DNA of 64,000 bases, taken from the NCBI GenBank assembly GCA_000320545.1, contig ADNK01001003.1, positions 1 to 64,000 of the forward strand, written 5' to 3'. Under the pieces are notes generated by a model that had not been told where the DNA came from, made no database searches, and saw nothing but the letters and a program-made list of their open reading frames with translations. Origin of the DNA: Bigelowiella natans CCMP2755. Lineage: Eukaryota > Protista > Cercozoa. Numbering within the stretch: position 1 is the first letter of the stretch; every line of letters starts with the position of its first letter. Made by a program: the position numbers and the translations under genes. Shown in pieces: positions 21,501 to 35,039 of this stretch.

Positions 21501-24500
21501 AGCATCTCATTCGTGTTAAATGTACCCCCCACTGGGACATTGCAGCCAATGCGGACCGTGGGAATCAATGTAGGGGACGTGAAGACGACCTGCGTAGCAT
21601 TTGCCCCTCGCAACCTCCCCGCCACGGCCACGCCGGTCACTATGAGCTGGACGATGTACGTCAGGTCGCTGCTGAGGCCCTGATCATCCGTGTTGATTAC
21701 GAGCGTCGACTGGTTCGCCGAGGCCGGGGGCAGGGCAACAGCGTCGCCGAAGGAGCTCTCCATGCGCCACTCGTACTGGAGGGCGTCCTCGGGGCCGGCT
21801 GCGGGGTCAAACGAAGAACTGCCGTCGATCCGGAAGCTCATGGGCTGCTCTTGCAGCACGGGAACAGTGATGCTGCTGCCGCCCTCGATGACAGCGATCA
21901 CTGGATCGATGAGGACGTTGACGACAACACTCGTATTCAAGCCCACGATGCCCTGGGCGTCCTCCTGTTCCACCAGGATGTTAAAACCGTATACCAGCCC
22001 GAATTGAAGGGTGTCGGGGGGGATCCTCAGGTCGCTGTCGGTTGGATTTGGGACCTGAACGGAGTCATTCGTGAGCAGAAGGCCGACGTTTCCTAGGTTC
22101 TCAGCCAGTCGCGTGCCAGGAAATACCTGGAACCACCTAGTTGTCACCGTGTATCCAACCAGCCCGAGATCGCTTGACTCTGTGCATTCCGGCTCGGCGA
22201 TGAGCGTGCGCACGTCCAAAGGATCTGACCTCCGTTGGAAGATTGTCAGACCGGTGGGTAGGCGGACATCGGGGACGGGCCCTATCAGCTTCAGGATCTC
22301 ATACGGAATGACGCTTTGAGCCCCCAGCCAGTTGACCAACAGCACCTGCACTGCATGGAGGCCTGGGGGGAGCAAGTCGGAGCTAAAATCCGCAGTAGTC
22401 GTATCGAGTTGTAGGTCCGCATTCACTGCCACGGAATCAGCAGAGCCCTCCACGTAAGTCCATTGATACAATGTAAGCTCTCTACCTGCTGTACCGCTGT
22501 GCGCCATCGCTTGCAACGTGATGAGGATGCACGGACCTACTTCCCGAGGCCCAAGGATCTCCACAGACGGAAGCTTGAGATCGACGGGGGCTTCAAGTAG
22601 CAGAGTTGTCTGCGGGGTGAAGGTAGTGCCACTTCGTGGGTCTGCTGAAGGAAATGTGACCACGTCGCCGAGCACCGTAATCACATCGGAGATATTGACG
22701 CTGAATTGCGGGCCAAGTTTGATCTCAACCAAGTCTGGGGCGATCCATGCACAGAGAGGCTCTTCGCCTAGCAGCACGATGGTGTTAGCATCGAATAGCC
22801 CGCTGCAGCTTAGTTCGGGCATGTTCGTGGGCTGGCTGAAGCCTACCTCAATCGTGACGTTTTGGTCGTTAAATACGGCCCTGTTAGCAGTGACGAAGGG
22901 CTGGGGCGTTGGCGTCATAGTCAAGGTCGGAGATGTTGTCTGTGGCGAGGCTGATGTTGGATTCGCAGTGGACACGAAGCTTCTCGAAGGTGCGGTTGTT
23001 AACTGGGGGGAGGAAGAGGAGGAGGTCGTCGGTGCCGTGCTAGTGGTCGGGGCGACGGTGGACCCTGTGGGTATCGAAGAAGGTGCTTCTGCCGAATTTG
23101 TAGATGGGACGGTAGTGGGTGAAAGTGCAGCTGTAGGCGCGCTTGTGATCCCTCCAACTGGGGCTATTGAGGGGGGGAAGGTGCTAACGATTGGGCCATC
23201 GGTCACAGGGCATCTTGTCGTCGTTGGAGCACTTGAGAAGGGGGATGTGCTTGGAGCAGAAGACTGTGGGAATGCTGTCGAGGTAGGGGCAAATGAGAAG
23301 GAGGAGGAGGAGGAAGAAGGGGAGGCAGTTGTGACCATGGGGGCAGCAGAGGAAGGATTCACTGAAGCAGCAGTGGGGACACCGGTCGGTGCCACTGGAG
23401 CGAGTGTTTGAGGTGAGGCTGTTGGCGATGCTGTAAGTCGAGTTGGAGATTCTGTGACTTGGAGAATAGGTGAAACCGTCGGAGTTGCTGTCGGGCTATT
23501 CGTCACTTGAACTGGCGAAATCGTCGTCGGACACGTGGTAGGGCCGGAAGTATCAAAACTGGGTTGCGCTGTCTGTGGTACGGAGGTCGGGCTATCGGTT
23601 ATTTGAGTGGTGGGGTTGGTAGTTTGTGTCGGCGCCATTGTTGCGGTCGGGCTCAGCGTGTTTCCAGAGCAGGGATACTGTACAGAGACTCGTACTACTT
23701 CGTTCCATCGAGGTTCGGACCCCGCAAAATAGCTGTAACCGTTGTGAATGATTACACCTTTTCCATATGCGAACAGAGTGACCCAAGCTTGGGTTTGGTA
23801 GCCGTAGAGTACCGTTGCGCTAGCAGGATAACTTGATGAGTCAAATGGCGCAATTGTATTCTGATTGGGCACCAATTCTGGCCCATTTCGGAATAGTGTT
23901 ACGCCTGCGGCCCTAGTTCTTAGCGCCAATTCATTCACAGCTGCAACGTCGATAGCCCGTTCGACGTTGATGTTAAAGATCCCTAACAAATCCCTGTCTC
24001 GATTGTTGAAATCTCCATGCAAGATCAGCACATTACCATCCCTTACGAACTTCCTGAGACCCTGCCTGTCTTCTGAATTCAGGGCTATTTTAAAATCTCC
24101 ATTCTCCAGCTCGGGAACTACGAAAACCTCGAAACCACTGAGCAGGCTAGTAAGTGCCCCCTGCTGAAACGTTTCTATCAGTGCGACGCGCGCATATTGT
24201 TGTACCGCTGCTAATGTGTTTGCAGTGTCTGATTCCCTGTCAGTGAAAGCACTATCCGTCAGCATGGTTGCTAAGGGACTCGCCCGCCCATTTGGACATC
24301 GCAACGGTGCTGTAGTAGACGCCGTTGGTGATCTCGGAGTCGGTCCAAATGTAGGCAAAGAGGGTGCGGTTCCAGGGCATCCCATCATCACAGACAGTTG
24401 CTCTACTAGATCCCAGTCTGGCTGAGAACCATCGAAGTAACTATATCCGTTATAAACTATGTTTCCCTGCCCATAAGGGAAAACGGTTACCCAGGTTTGG

Positions 24501-25173
24501 GTGCCATTGTCGTATATTGACTTTGCGGTCGGGGGTAGAGAGTTCATATCGATTGGAGTAACAATTCGCTCTCGGGGAAGTGAGGGCGGACCCTGAGCAA
24601 AATCCCCATTAGATCCCTCCGTTGAGATCGGAGCACCGAGTAAGACTTCAGCAAATGATGGCACAGTTCGGACGACATCTATTTCGAAAACTGTCAAAAA
24701 GAAACTGCTGAATCGATTGGTGAATTCACCGTGTATAATGAGGATGCTGCCATCATTTACGAAGTCACGTAAGGCTTTCCGATCGTTGGCAGAAAGAGCA
24801 ATCCCCCAGTCTCGCCGTTCTAACTCGGGGATCAAGAAAACTCGGTACCCCGAGATCTCTGCCCTCAAGTTATCCGGTTGGAAGGATGTGAATGTAGTTA
24901 CTGGTGTGAAAGATTTTACAACGTTGAGATTGCTCAGGGCATCATCTGAAGTGTCCACAAATTCATTGTCGAAGAACACAAGCACCTCTGGAATGGGAGC
25001 ATTCCCGTCGCACGTTGGAAAATTACTGGAACACACACACAAAATAAATGAAAAATTAGAGACCTTTGGAGAATAATGTTGATGATCTCCAAGTACCTTT
25101 GCTGGGCAAGTATTTGAGGCAAAAGGCCTAGCAATACAAGGTTCAGCAGCAGAAAGGGCCAGACCCTTGGCAT
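15569..25173 (-). CDS. Polycystin-1/PKDREJ-like adhesion receptor with GAIN/GPS and a C-terminal PDZ domain; exons 25173-25097, 25025-21461, 21185-21023, 20704-20588, 20238-15569 (2,863 aa)
   Basis: All four GT-AG junctions preserve frame. Signal peptide; two tandem ~200-aa domains; S/T/P stalk; REJ motifs (IDGSSSFDP, NAPPGGGSC...GIALETIFSLSCTGWID); GPS (CNFW...WSVEG...CETSHFTTF); polycystin-like HSWISVCSR...KRITILF; about five TM segments; PDZ (GTIGI...VMPRSQADGKVREGWRIVSIDG). In-frame introns inside the last exon cannot be excluded. Confidence 0.85.
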
Positions 25174-25949
25174 ACGTGAGATTCTTGCGAAGGAGTCCTT
25201 ATAAACCTGGCCAATCTGAAGACCCTTTCCCTTCTATCAAGGTAGATTCCAGGTAGAGTGTGCTATAATTAAATAAATCCAAAAACAAGACGACTTTAGA
25301 CATGCTGGTATAACTATGTGTTGTTGGTCAAACTTTCCCATTTTACCCATAACAAGATTATTAGATGGGATAATGTGCACGTCCCAGAGGAAAATGGCAT
25401 GCCCAGATTTGGAACTCTCAATGCAATGGTCCCAAAAAAAGTAATAGTTTCTAGTAGTGGTTATATTTTCTAATAATCGTATTCATAAACTTTGTATTAG
25501 CCGTGTAGTGCAAATAGTTTCCCTGTCTGCAACGTAGCTAAGTATTGTGTCGGAGCTTTGTACTGCTCTTCAGCGTCGAAAAAGTAGATACTAACCCCCC
25601 CCCTTTCGTAAAATAAGCATAGACATACATTGGGAATAAACGAGGAGAAAGGATTATCGGAGCTAGTTGCCTGGACTCCGCTCCAATGTAATCGACTTAT
25701 TTTTAAACTAAAGGGTCGGGGATGTCGAATGCAATCCAAATTAGGAGATATGGTCCCAAAATACGCCCCTGATGTAGGTAGAAAACTTGGGAAATTCATC
25801 GTGCGACAGACGGAATCTCCACTGTGTGAGCTTTCTGCGCGTGCGTTGTACATTCTAGCACGCACTACTCCACGATATTCAGCCTGCAAGAGTAACTACA
25901 TGTTTCCGAGAACCAGTACCAGCAACTCCAATTTTCTTCGGATTAGAAA

Positions 25950-27300
25950 TTCGCCATTTGTTCAGATTTCTCAACATTCCAAATGTTATTCTAATATGGG
26001 GATAAAACTCCATCTAGGTTACAGATGCAAGACGCTGTTAACAAAAATACTCGCTTTCACTCAAATATTTGGATCATTTCTCATCCTTGTAGGTTGAACA
26101 AAGCCCGCATGCGACAAGTGATGATGGATGTCGACACGCAAAGACACAGACGATTGCATCACTAAAGTTGTAAACATAGATTGAGATACATTTTCTGCAT
26201 GTCCTTCTTTTGATGTTCTGAAAATGTCTGTAAAAGACACCCAACCTTTTAAAAAATTTAGGTATTCCATTGTATTCTGGCAACGAAATTCCCAATCATG
26301 GCTGGTTTAAAATGAGAATTATGTCTCATCCTTCCAAAAGCAAACATTCAGAGTATCGGCTGCCAGATGTTCTCCGTTCTCCACAACAGGCAACAGGCCA
26401 ACACGCTTTGGAGGTGAAGAATACACATAAGACATGGAAATTTTGGAAAGTTTTTGGTGTCGTACCCTTTTTGTAAAAATAGGTGAAAACACATCGAACG
26501 ACTTCAAACCATATCAGACAAAGGCAATTTTCACCTTTTTAGAAATGAACAGTAACGACAAAGCAAATTATTTGACGCATGCTTTCAATAAGCTTAGCCC
26601 AGTAATTTAGTTTGTCTCAATTATTCAGTACATTTAACACCATTGGGGGAGATTCGATATGATGGAAATTGTGTAAAAGTGGTAGCAGTTTGTTGTCGTA
26701 ACTTATTGAAATCAGAAGAAATTACACGTCTGGATGATATGCTTGATAAAACCTGATCTAAATTACACATCGCAAACTGTTCTGGGCTTAAGATTCACAT
26801 CATCCCGTACAACAATGAATGCCCAAAAAAACCCACCTACGACAGGATTCTTGATTAATTCTTTCATAGAATAGAATGAATATTACCCTGGTTGGCATTT
26901 GCTAAGTAAATCGCTATTTTGATTTTCGAGGTGAAATCTAGTCTGTTGAAGTTCAGGAGAATCCCAGATTAATCGAAATCTTCTCAGTTTGGGGGGATAT
27001 ATTGATATTTTTCTTTGTCGTAACAAAATAAAGTATTGAATTTAGGTCATTTTGTGTCTGTGACGACTTGCTGGTAGTCTGAAGGCAAGGGGATACTAAA
27101 CTTGAGGAGAATCAAGACCGTGAGAGGTCCAGGATAGATGAGTTGATGTAGATGAGTTGATGCCAATACTGATGTGAGGAGAAAGCTAAAATAATAGGGG
27201 ATGCGATGAGACGATTTAGATGAATTTCCATGATAAAGTAAAGAGAGATGGGGAACCATGCCATGAAATTCAAGGCCAGTTCCAATCCCTCAAATTACTT
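25950..27300 (-). CDS. Possible small-exon gene of unknown function, divergent from ARP2
   Basis: Several short open segments flanked by AG/GT on the minus strand (e.g. RVGLLPVVENGEHLAADTLN; NTMEYLNFLKGWVSFTDIFRTSKEGHAEN). No complete model; boundaries are rough. Confidence 0.25.
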
Positions 27301-27507
27301 TTATCTCTGAGTTCGCATTTCGAGCAAGGGATCACGGGTTCATTTTGCAGGAGATATAGGGAACAAACTGTTTTTCAACAATTCCATAGCCAAGAAGTTA
27401 TCGCTAATGTTGTTTACTTGCGGTCACATTTCTTAGACTTGGCAATAAAGAATAGCACAGATCAATTCTTCTTCAGTGTACCAATTCGACTCGCAGGATA
27501 ATCGACC

Positions 27508-29000
27508 ATGAGCAAGACTCCTATCGTTTGCGATAACGGAACGGGTTTTGTAAAGCTAGGGTATGCTGGCGACTACTTTCCCACTCATGTGTTCCCCTCT
27601 ATGGTGGGAACGCCGACCATGAAGTACTCTGAAGAGTTTGAAGATGTAGACTTGAAGAAGGTAACGCAATTATTTGTGCAATTCTCGCCGATTGCATGTT
27701 TTCTCAACAAATCAACTGTGTGTAGGTCGTTGTCGGAGATGAAGCTCAAAAGTACAGGCATATGCTCGAGGTTAAGTACCCTGTAGCAGCAGGAAAGATC
27801 CTGTACTGGAAGGGCGACTACTCCATCCACCACATCTGGGAGTACGCATGGAAAGAAAAATTAGAGATCAATCCATCCGAGCACAATATTTTGCTGACAG
27901 AAGCACCCTCAAACCCAAAGTCAAATAAGCTTAGAATGCTTGAGGCGATGTTGGAGAAGTACCAATTCGCTGGTGCGACATGCGTGATGCAGGCAATTCT
28001 TGCCCTCTATGCTCAGGGACTAGACACAGGTGTAGTGCTTGACGCTGGTGATGGAGTCTCACATTGTATTCCTGTGTGGGAAGGAGTTATGCTTAAGAAC
28101 GAAATTAAGCGACTTGATGTTGCTGGGAGGAACGTTACTGAACGTCTCATTAAGCTTCTGCAAGCCCGCGGCCATAACTTTCATAGATCTGCAGATATGG
28201 ATACTGTGCGTCAGGTATACTTACCTTTCTCCTCTCTTGTGTACTCGTATCACGACGTCAATAATCCTTATTCAGATAAAGGAAAAACACTGCTACATTG
28301 GTTACGATCTGGAAGTTGAGAACAAGCTGGCTGTTGATACGACATGCTTGACAACAAAATATAAGCTTCCGGATTCGCGAGTCATTACTCTGGGAGCAGA
28401 GCGCTTTCAAGCTCCTGAAGTGCTCTTCCAGGTAAGGAGATGCTTTGACACATAAACTGAATGGCATAAGACATGATGTTCTCCTTTCAGCCACACTTGG
28501 GTGACGAAAAGTACGCAGAGCAGAAAGGAATTCACGAGATGGTGTACAACATGATCATGGGGGTGAGTTTCATTACAGATACGATATTGATACGGTACAC
28601 ATAATATGCTTATCAATTTTTGCCAGTGTGATATTGATCTCCGGAAAGATTTCTTCAAGAGGATTGTGCTCTCGGGAGGAAGCACTATGTACCCTGGACT
28701 TCCGACCCGTTTGGAGAAGGAAATTCAAAAATTGGTGCTTGAGCGGAATTTTAAGGGCGACAAGGCTTTGTTAAAAAAATTCAAGATTAAAGTGGAGGTG
28801 CAATGATGATTTCGTTACAGAATGTGAACATATGTGACAGATATATCTTGTAGGATCCTCCACGCCGGAAGTATATGGTTTTCCTTGGAGGCGCTGTCCT
28901 TGCAGATCTCATGAAAGACAACCAGGAATTCTGGATATCGAAGGAAGAATGGGCTGAAAAGGGAGGAGAAAGGGTTCTTGCCGAGCGTTGGAAAATCTAA
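27508..29000 (+). CDS. ARP2: Actin-related protein 2 (Arp2/3 complex), divergent; exons 27508-27660, 27726-28214, 28276-28431, 28491-28562, 28627-28797, 28854-29000 (395 aa)
   Basis: Arp2-specific motifs [50 protein letters not shown] and [21 protein letters not shown]. Five GT-AG introns of 56-65 nt splice in frame. Confidence 0.95.
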
Positions 29001-29273
29001 ACATTTATTCCCACATATCGACCTCATCTAATCAATGCAAATTAAAGTAGCTATGTTCGTACATTTATCACGAACTTAGCAGTCAGCTCCGCGACAAAGT
29101 AATAAACATCGCAGATATGTAATACCTAGAATACGTCTAGTAATAAGGGCTGGTTACAACATGAGGTAATCCGCGCATTGCACGCACATGTCGTGTTAAT
29201 TATTCAAGGCACCAGTAGTCTGCGGCCACATGTCTAGATCGAGCTGAGCATGTGAGCGTACGTAGTTCTTGCC

Positions 29274-29275
<2 letters not shown>

Positions 29276-29313
<38 letters not shown>

Positions 29314-29407
29314 TACACACACAAACATAAATGCATGCATTGTAGCATGAGGTGCATGTATATGTGTGTCCGTGCAGTAAACTGCATGATCGTGTACACA
29401 AAACGAT

Positions 29408-29443
<36 letters not shown>
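29276..29443. repeat. (CA)n and (TG)n microsatellites facing each other (~29276-29322 and ~29410-29443)
   Basis: Directly visible. Confidence 0.9.
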
Positions 29444-29447
<4 letters not shown>

Positions 29448-30167
29448 CGCACAAGAATCATGCACGACACTACTAGCTGCACTTGCACATTGTCTGCGCT
29501 ACGATGGCACGATGTACAAGTCAAGCAGACGCTGTTCATCACTTGCATGATTTGCTTTAGTGTGCAAACACAACGCAGCTAGTAGAACATGCAGAGCAGC
29601 ACGTACAGCAGCTAGAGCGGCTGCGATGCGCTATACGTGCGTGTGCACCTGCCATGATGACAGCTTTGTTATGATGCTAGAATGGGTTTGTTCTGCGATA
29701 GCATTGTGACTCTCGGCCATTCTAGCGTATCGTAGTGCATGTGTGAAGCATCGCAGCACCCACAATAATTTTCAAACATTATAGCCATTCATCAAATATG
29801 CATTATGCATTGCGATCGACTAGTGCGTGCATGTGTACGTTCGTATTGCACACATATGTGGAGCGTGCATCCACGCTAGCTATGTGTACTGCTCACTATG
29901 TTTCGATGCACCATTATCGTTGCAATGACAGTTCAATTTGTTTACTGTATCATCCACGATCGACAGCATACATGTATCATGCTATATGCATCGCTGCCAG
30001 CGCATGCAAACTTCCCAGCGAAAACACACTATGCTAGCTGGGCCGCAATGTGTCACACATGTCACATTTCGCATTTGTGTCCAAACGTACTACTGTTGTG
30101 ATTAGTCATCATTGCTACATCGCCACACTTCACTTTGACATGTAGCAGCTGCATAATACTGGAGGAT

Positions 30168-31169
30168 TCAAGAAAGCACGAATTTAGCTTCGCTCGTCCT
30201 AAATCCACAAGGCTTTAAATTCGAGCTAGAATTTGTAGTCACGGATTTTAATTTCGCCTTTGGCACAAACAGGCCTGGTGCTGCTGGTCCATCCTCATCA
30301 TCGTTCTCCCCATCGTCAGCCCGCGTGTATCTAGAAGAATAGCAGCATGAGATAATTGCAGTTCCCCAACTTAGGCTTATTTATCACTTTCATGTCATAC
30401 CCAATGCAATTGTCATCCAGCATCACTATCTTGGCTCCGAGCCATGCAGAATTATCAGATGAAGAGTTTCCTTCCTATCCACAAAATAATGAGTAAATGA
30501 CGACTATGGTCAGATGCATGGAAAGCCCAACGAGTCTATAGTTGATTGCGTACTTTGCCAGCCGATTCTGCGACGTGCGTCTCCAGGAGCAATCTCTCTG
30601 CTATATGAGACGAAAAGAGATTCCAAAACGCAGACGCCGTTTCCTGTATCAACCCAGTCACCAAAATCAATATTGCCCAGTAGTAAAGGGGTAATGATAT
30701 ATTACTGGAATGTCCAGAATGTTTCTCTTTTTACTGTCGCGACAAAGGTCTATAGCAACGAGACTGTTGATGGGAGGAATTTTTGTTGGCCACGTTGGAA
30801 GAACAAGATTTTTCAAGATGGAAAGCTCCATTATGAGTAGGAAGCTGTGTGGGTGCACGCACCTTAATTCTCTCAGAGATATCTGCTTCGAATCGAGTAA
30901 TGTTTGCACTCTGTGAGGCGTACCGACCTTCGTTTTATGGGACCAGCATGGAAGATAAGGCAGAACACGGAAACAGACATGGGTGGCAAAATGAGAGAAG
31001 AAAAGAAACACGCAAAGACAAGATAAGAGGAATAAACAGCAGTTAATTTGGAAAAATGAGTATGAGTGTGACCCCGGCAATGACTGGATTATTTTTCACA
31101 TATAGCCCTTGTTCCGCCGGCTTTGAAGACTAGGAGCGGTAACAAAGCAAAAACACCAAACCACCTCAT
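30168..31169 (-). CDS. Putative small multi-exon gene with a signal-like N-terminus, unknown function
   Basis: Starts MRWFGVFALLPLLVFKAGG. The last exons splice in frame (...AESAGK|EGNSSSDNSAWLGAKIVMLDDNCIG|YTRADDGENDDEDGP...FVLS*). Middle junctions are unresolved. Confidence 0.35.
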
Positions 31170-31305
31170 TAGCAATTAAATGACACGACTGGAGTTTAAA
31201 AAGTTGTGGAGAGAAACGAAGCTGACTTTGGCAGAAAGCCGTGCGATGAATTTCTCTCCCCCGAGCTCTGTCCTGAGATCCCTAAGAATTCAGTAACGCA
31301 ATGAA

Positions 31306-33363
31306 CTAAGTTGTGTGAAACTGCGGAGGAACAGCCCGAAACCACCTGCATATTTCCGCAGCACGACCGACACTGCTTGTTAATATCATCAGTGGAAAGC
31401 TTCCAGGGTTGTTCTCGTCCTGGGATCTGCTATGATCAGTACCGTTATTATGACGGACGAGATCTCTGAACCGCATCCTTTGATGACGTGTTGATTGTTG
31501 GCGTCTCTTCGCGTTCAAAACTTCCGGCTGCAGCAACAGCCTCAGTCTTGCCGCCAACGACACGCTCCTCCTTTGTGATCCTCTGCCCCTTTTAAGGAAG
31601 GGAAGATTTGTGATGCAACCTCCCGACGACAAAGTTGCGCTGGTGTTGGGGGAGAGAAAAGAGACTGGCTCCTGTTTCAATCGTCGTCTGTTGTAAAACA
31701 TGACGTTATCGAAAAGTAGATCATCTTTGGCTTCAATCGCCTTCCTAATACAAATTTTGATTCTCGCCCGCTACACATATTTCCCCTTCTTTTTCACCCC
31801 CTTTTTACCGTTTCGCCGGGTTTTCTTTCCTATCCATGGTTCGTGCACACTTTGCAACCAACCACCGGCCCTAAAAAATGAGATGGAGATGAAGAAGGAA
31901 AAAAGGCAGTTCGATGATGAGAATGAAGTAAAAATGTTCAGGCAATTTCTCCTCAGAGCGCGTTTATTTTTTTTCTCCAGCCATACTCTGACGCCCTTAA
32001 TAATTTAGTAGAAAGTTAATCTTGACGACCACCTGTTGATGCGGGGTACAGGTGGAGATGAAATCTGCAATTTCATTCAACTCGCAGTCTACGAGGGCCT
32101 AATGTATGTAGTATGGCATCGTTTCATCAATATCCTGAATGAGCCCAAGATATCCGCTTTTCATGCGCACCTTTCGTTGATTCTTCCCCCTCTCTGACTT
32201 GATACGAGTTGGAACTGTGCCTGCAGCATCTACTTCTGGTTTTGATTGGAGATGGTTTGTATGCGAGGGAAAGAGCATAGATGCTGCTCCATTTGCTGTC
32301 GTCGGTCCCGTTATTTTACTTGAATTTTCGCATCTGGTAGTGTTGGCAAGCCTGTCGTTTGACCTCTGCTTCTGAAGAGGGGTAGAGCAGTCAGTGGATA
32401 CTCACGAAGAATGGTTTCCGGTGCAAAAATAAGAAAACATGATTACCTTTAACTTGAGCATTTGTCTCCTCTTAGCTCTTCGCTCCTACATTACAAAGTT
32501 CTTGTGACTACTTCTCACAAAAGCACATACATGAGACGATAATTGCTGAAGTATCGTCTGGACTGAACTCACAGCTCACTGCTGGGTACCTTACGGTCTA
32601 TCCTTCTCCGGACTTTCGCTTGGTCTAAGTTTTTTTGCATTTGAATGAACTTCCGTTTCCCTGAAGATATAAGAAGCCACCCTTTACGTTTCAGTTGAGC
32701 AAGTACAAGTTGTTGTGTCATCGTACCAGTGTATGATCTTCTGTTCCTCAAAATTATCTGTTTTGCGTGTTAAGATTGTTGTTTTGAAAACTTACTGAAC
32801 TCCCGACGCTCAAGAGTTGCTTTTCCCCCTCCTCCACCAGCCTTGATGTAACTAGGCCACAATTGATATGTTGATCGATACTGTGTGCACGGAGAAATGT
32901 TTCCAGCAAAGGGGCTGACCCTGCTGCGTGGTCTGGAGGTACATCTTGCTGGCCGATTGTCGAATTCTATAATCGAGATGGGGGCTGAAGCCCTTTCCCG
33001 CGTTGACTTGCGATGGAAACTTTCTGAAAGGAGGAGGAACACGGGCAGCATTAGCTGACGATTTCTGGCAGTAGCCAATTTAGATTGCGTTAGTGTACCG
33101 CATGGCTGCAAGCGAGGTAGCTGCGATTGTTCTTTTTGAGCCGACACTGATGCGGTGATCGCGAGTAGAGCCAGTGCATATGAGCATATATCAGGAAGGT
33201 CAGCCGCCAAGGTTGCAACACCAGGCACCATCATGAGTGCCTGAATAGAATGATTCGGACAATCAGGGTTGCCGTTCACTAGGTTTACTAGATTTGGTCT
33301 CGTTGTAACCGGCGGTTTTGTGGCGCAGCCTCCAAGCGCAGGAAGGTCGCCCCTCTCGATCAA
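31306..33363 (-). CDS. Putative multi-exon gene of unknown function (basic, low-complexity)
   Basis: 197-aa ORF plus downstream exon-like segments with canonical sites (tag|ERRAKRRQMLKLK|gtaatc; cag|KQRSNDRL). The extent is uncertain and no domain was recognised. Confidence 0.3.
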
Positions 33364-33783
33364 ACGCCTACGCGGCTATAACTCTAACTGGTCAAGCGAT
33401 GCTTCTAAGCTTTACTTCTTGCGCATGACAGCGGTTGTCGGAACTCAGTTCTGGCTCCATGCCGGCTGTCGAGTGCTGATGTTCTTTTCTTTTTTGTTCG
33501 ATCAAATTTTTAGAAAATATACGACAAAATATCGTAAGCAAAGTTTTGAGAAACGCAGGCATGGACTGGGATAACCCTGATTTATCTCCCGTGTCCCTGG
33601 AGCCCTATCGGGAGATTCTAAGATATATCTAGTATTAAAGTTTAACAGGATTGGATAGAATATGTGAGCACTGTGTCACGGCGTCGGCTTCTCCCAGAAT
33701 AAACGCCCTTTAAGTGTGCGATATTTGCCTATATTTTGATCGATCGACATGGAAATGAAGATGTCGTTTGGTAAAATTGGACA

Positions 33784-34427
33784 ATGACTACTACTCCATC
33801 TCCAGACAAATTCGAAAATTCGGAAGCACATGGGGATGAACCTGGAGGGAGGCCCCTTGTCAAGTTGCTTTCAGAATTGAATATGAAGGTTGAGCGCAAA
33901 ACGATAAACACGGTCCGTAATAGCAACAGGCCCGCGGGAGAATGGTACGATCGCCTTCTACCAAATAAAGAACCAACTTATGTCTTATCGAAGCTGATCT
34001 CTAAGGATCATGGTGACCTCGACCGTGTCTTCAAGATGATTGCAGATTTCAAGAGGTTGCCGGATTGGAATCCAAGTATCATTAGTGCATCTGAAATGGA
34101 AAAGAAATTAGAGAACGCAGAGGGAGCTAAACAGATCAAAATTGAAGATTTGGTGGAAATATGCTGCGGTTGGAAGAAAAGAATTTGATAGATGCTCTCG
34201 TGAAATCCGACGAGAAAAGAGGACGTGTCGTTTTTATCGTACCTGACGCCCCGGGTGGAGTTTTTGTTGCACATCAGTACGAAGTTTCGACGACAAATCC
34301 AGCTGGAATACAAGTTATTGATATGGTGTGGCTTCGAGTAAATTGTTGCCTAAGACCATTCGTTACATCAACAGCTAAAGCATCACATGTCACTGCACTG
34401 GAAACCTTGTCAATGCATTTTATCTGA
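33784..34427 (+). CDS. SRPBCC (START/polyketide-cyclase-like) protein split across two frames near 34170-34190
   Basis: DRVFKMIADFKRLPDWNPSIISA is the typical N-terminal SRPBCC signature. The overlapping second ORF supplies beta-strands and a C-terminal helix (LRPFVTSTAKASHVTALETL). Confidence 0.6.
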
Positions 34428-34845
34428 TATCTATAATGTAATGGCTCGATCGATCGTTAAATTCTTGTCATAAACGTGGCCTTAACACCAGTATCGTTGG
34501 ATGTTCACAAGAAGTGTTTGTCTCGCGAGCATATGTCTAAGTGAAGCAATACCCTTCAAGCTATGGTATTAAGACACATATTTATTATCATTGTGAGAAA
34601 TGACGAAATAATGATATACGTAAGTGTGTAATCTTTGCGTTAATGATAATATCTGAAAAGCTCGAAATCGTTAAAGACCAGTGAGATAATTGAAACGGGC
34701 TAACATGCGTGTCAATACATTGGTGTTGGTATACGAGACAGGATTATAGACGTGTAATATAATATATATTCAATATATATTGATATTGTGTTACTATTTA
34801 TAATGTATACTATAGTATGTAATGATATCAAAATTTTCGATAGAC

Positions 34846-34884
<39 letters not shown>

Positions 34885-35039
34885 ATATATATATATATTA
34901 TATGTACATAAATCTATGTGTATACGACCACAGCACGCGCTAAGAAGTAGCAACCTATTAATTTTGCATCGTGTCACACATTTGTGCAATGCATCCATAC
35001 ATACGCATCATATATAAATATATTATAAATATTAATATA

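Noticed and set aside
15712-25076. Numerous alternative-frame and antisense ORFs over the polycystin-like gene
   Set aside because: Expected shadow ORFs of GC-rich coding sequence.
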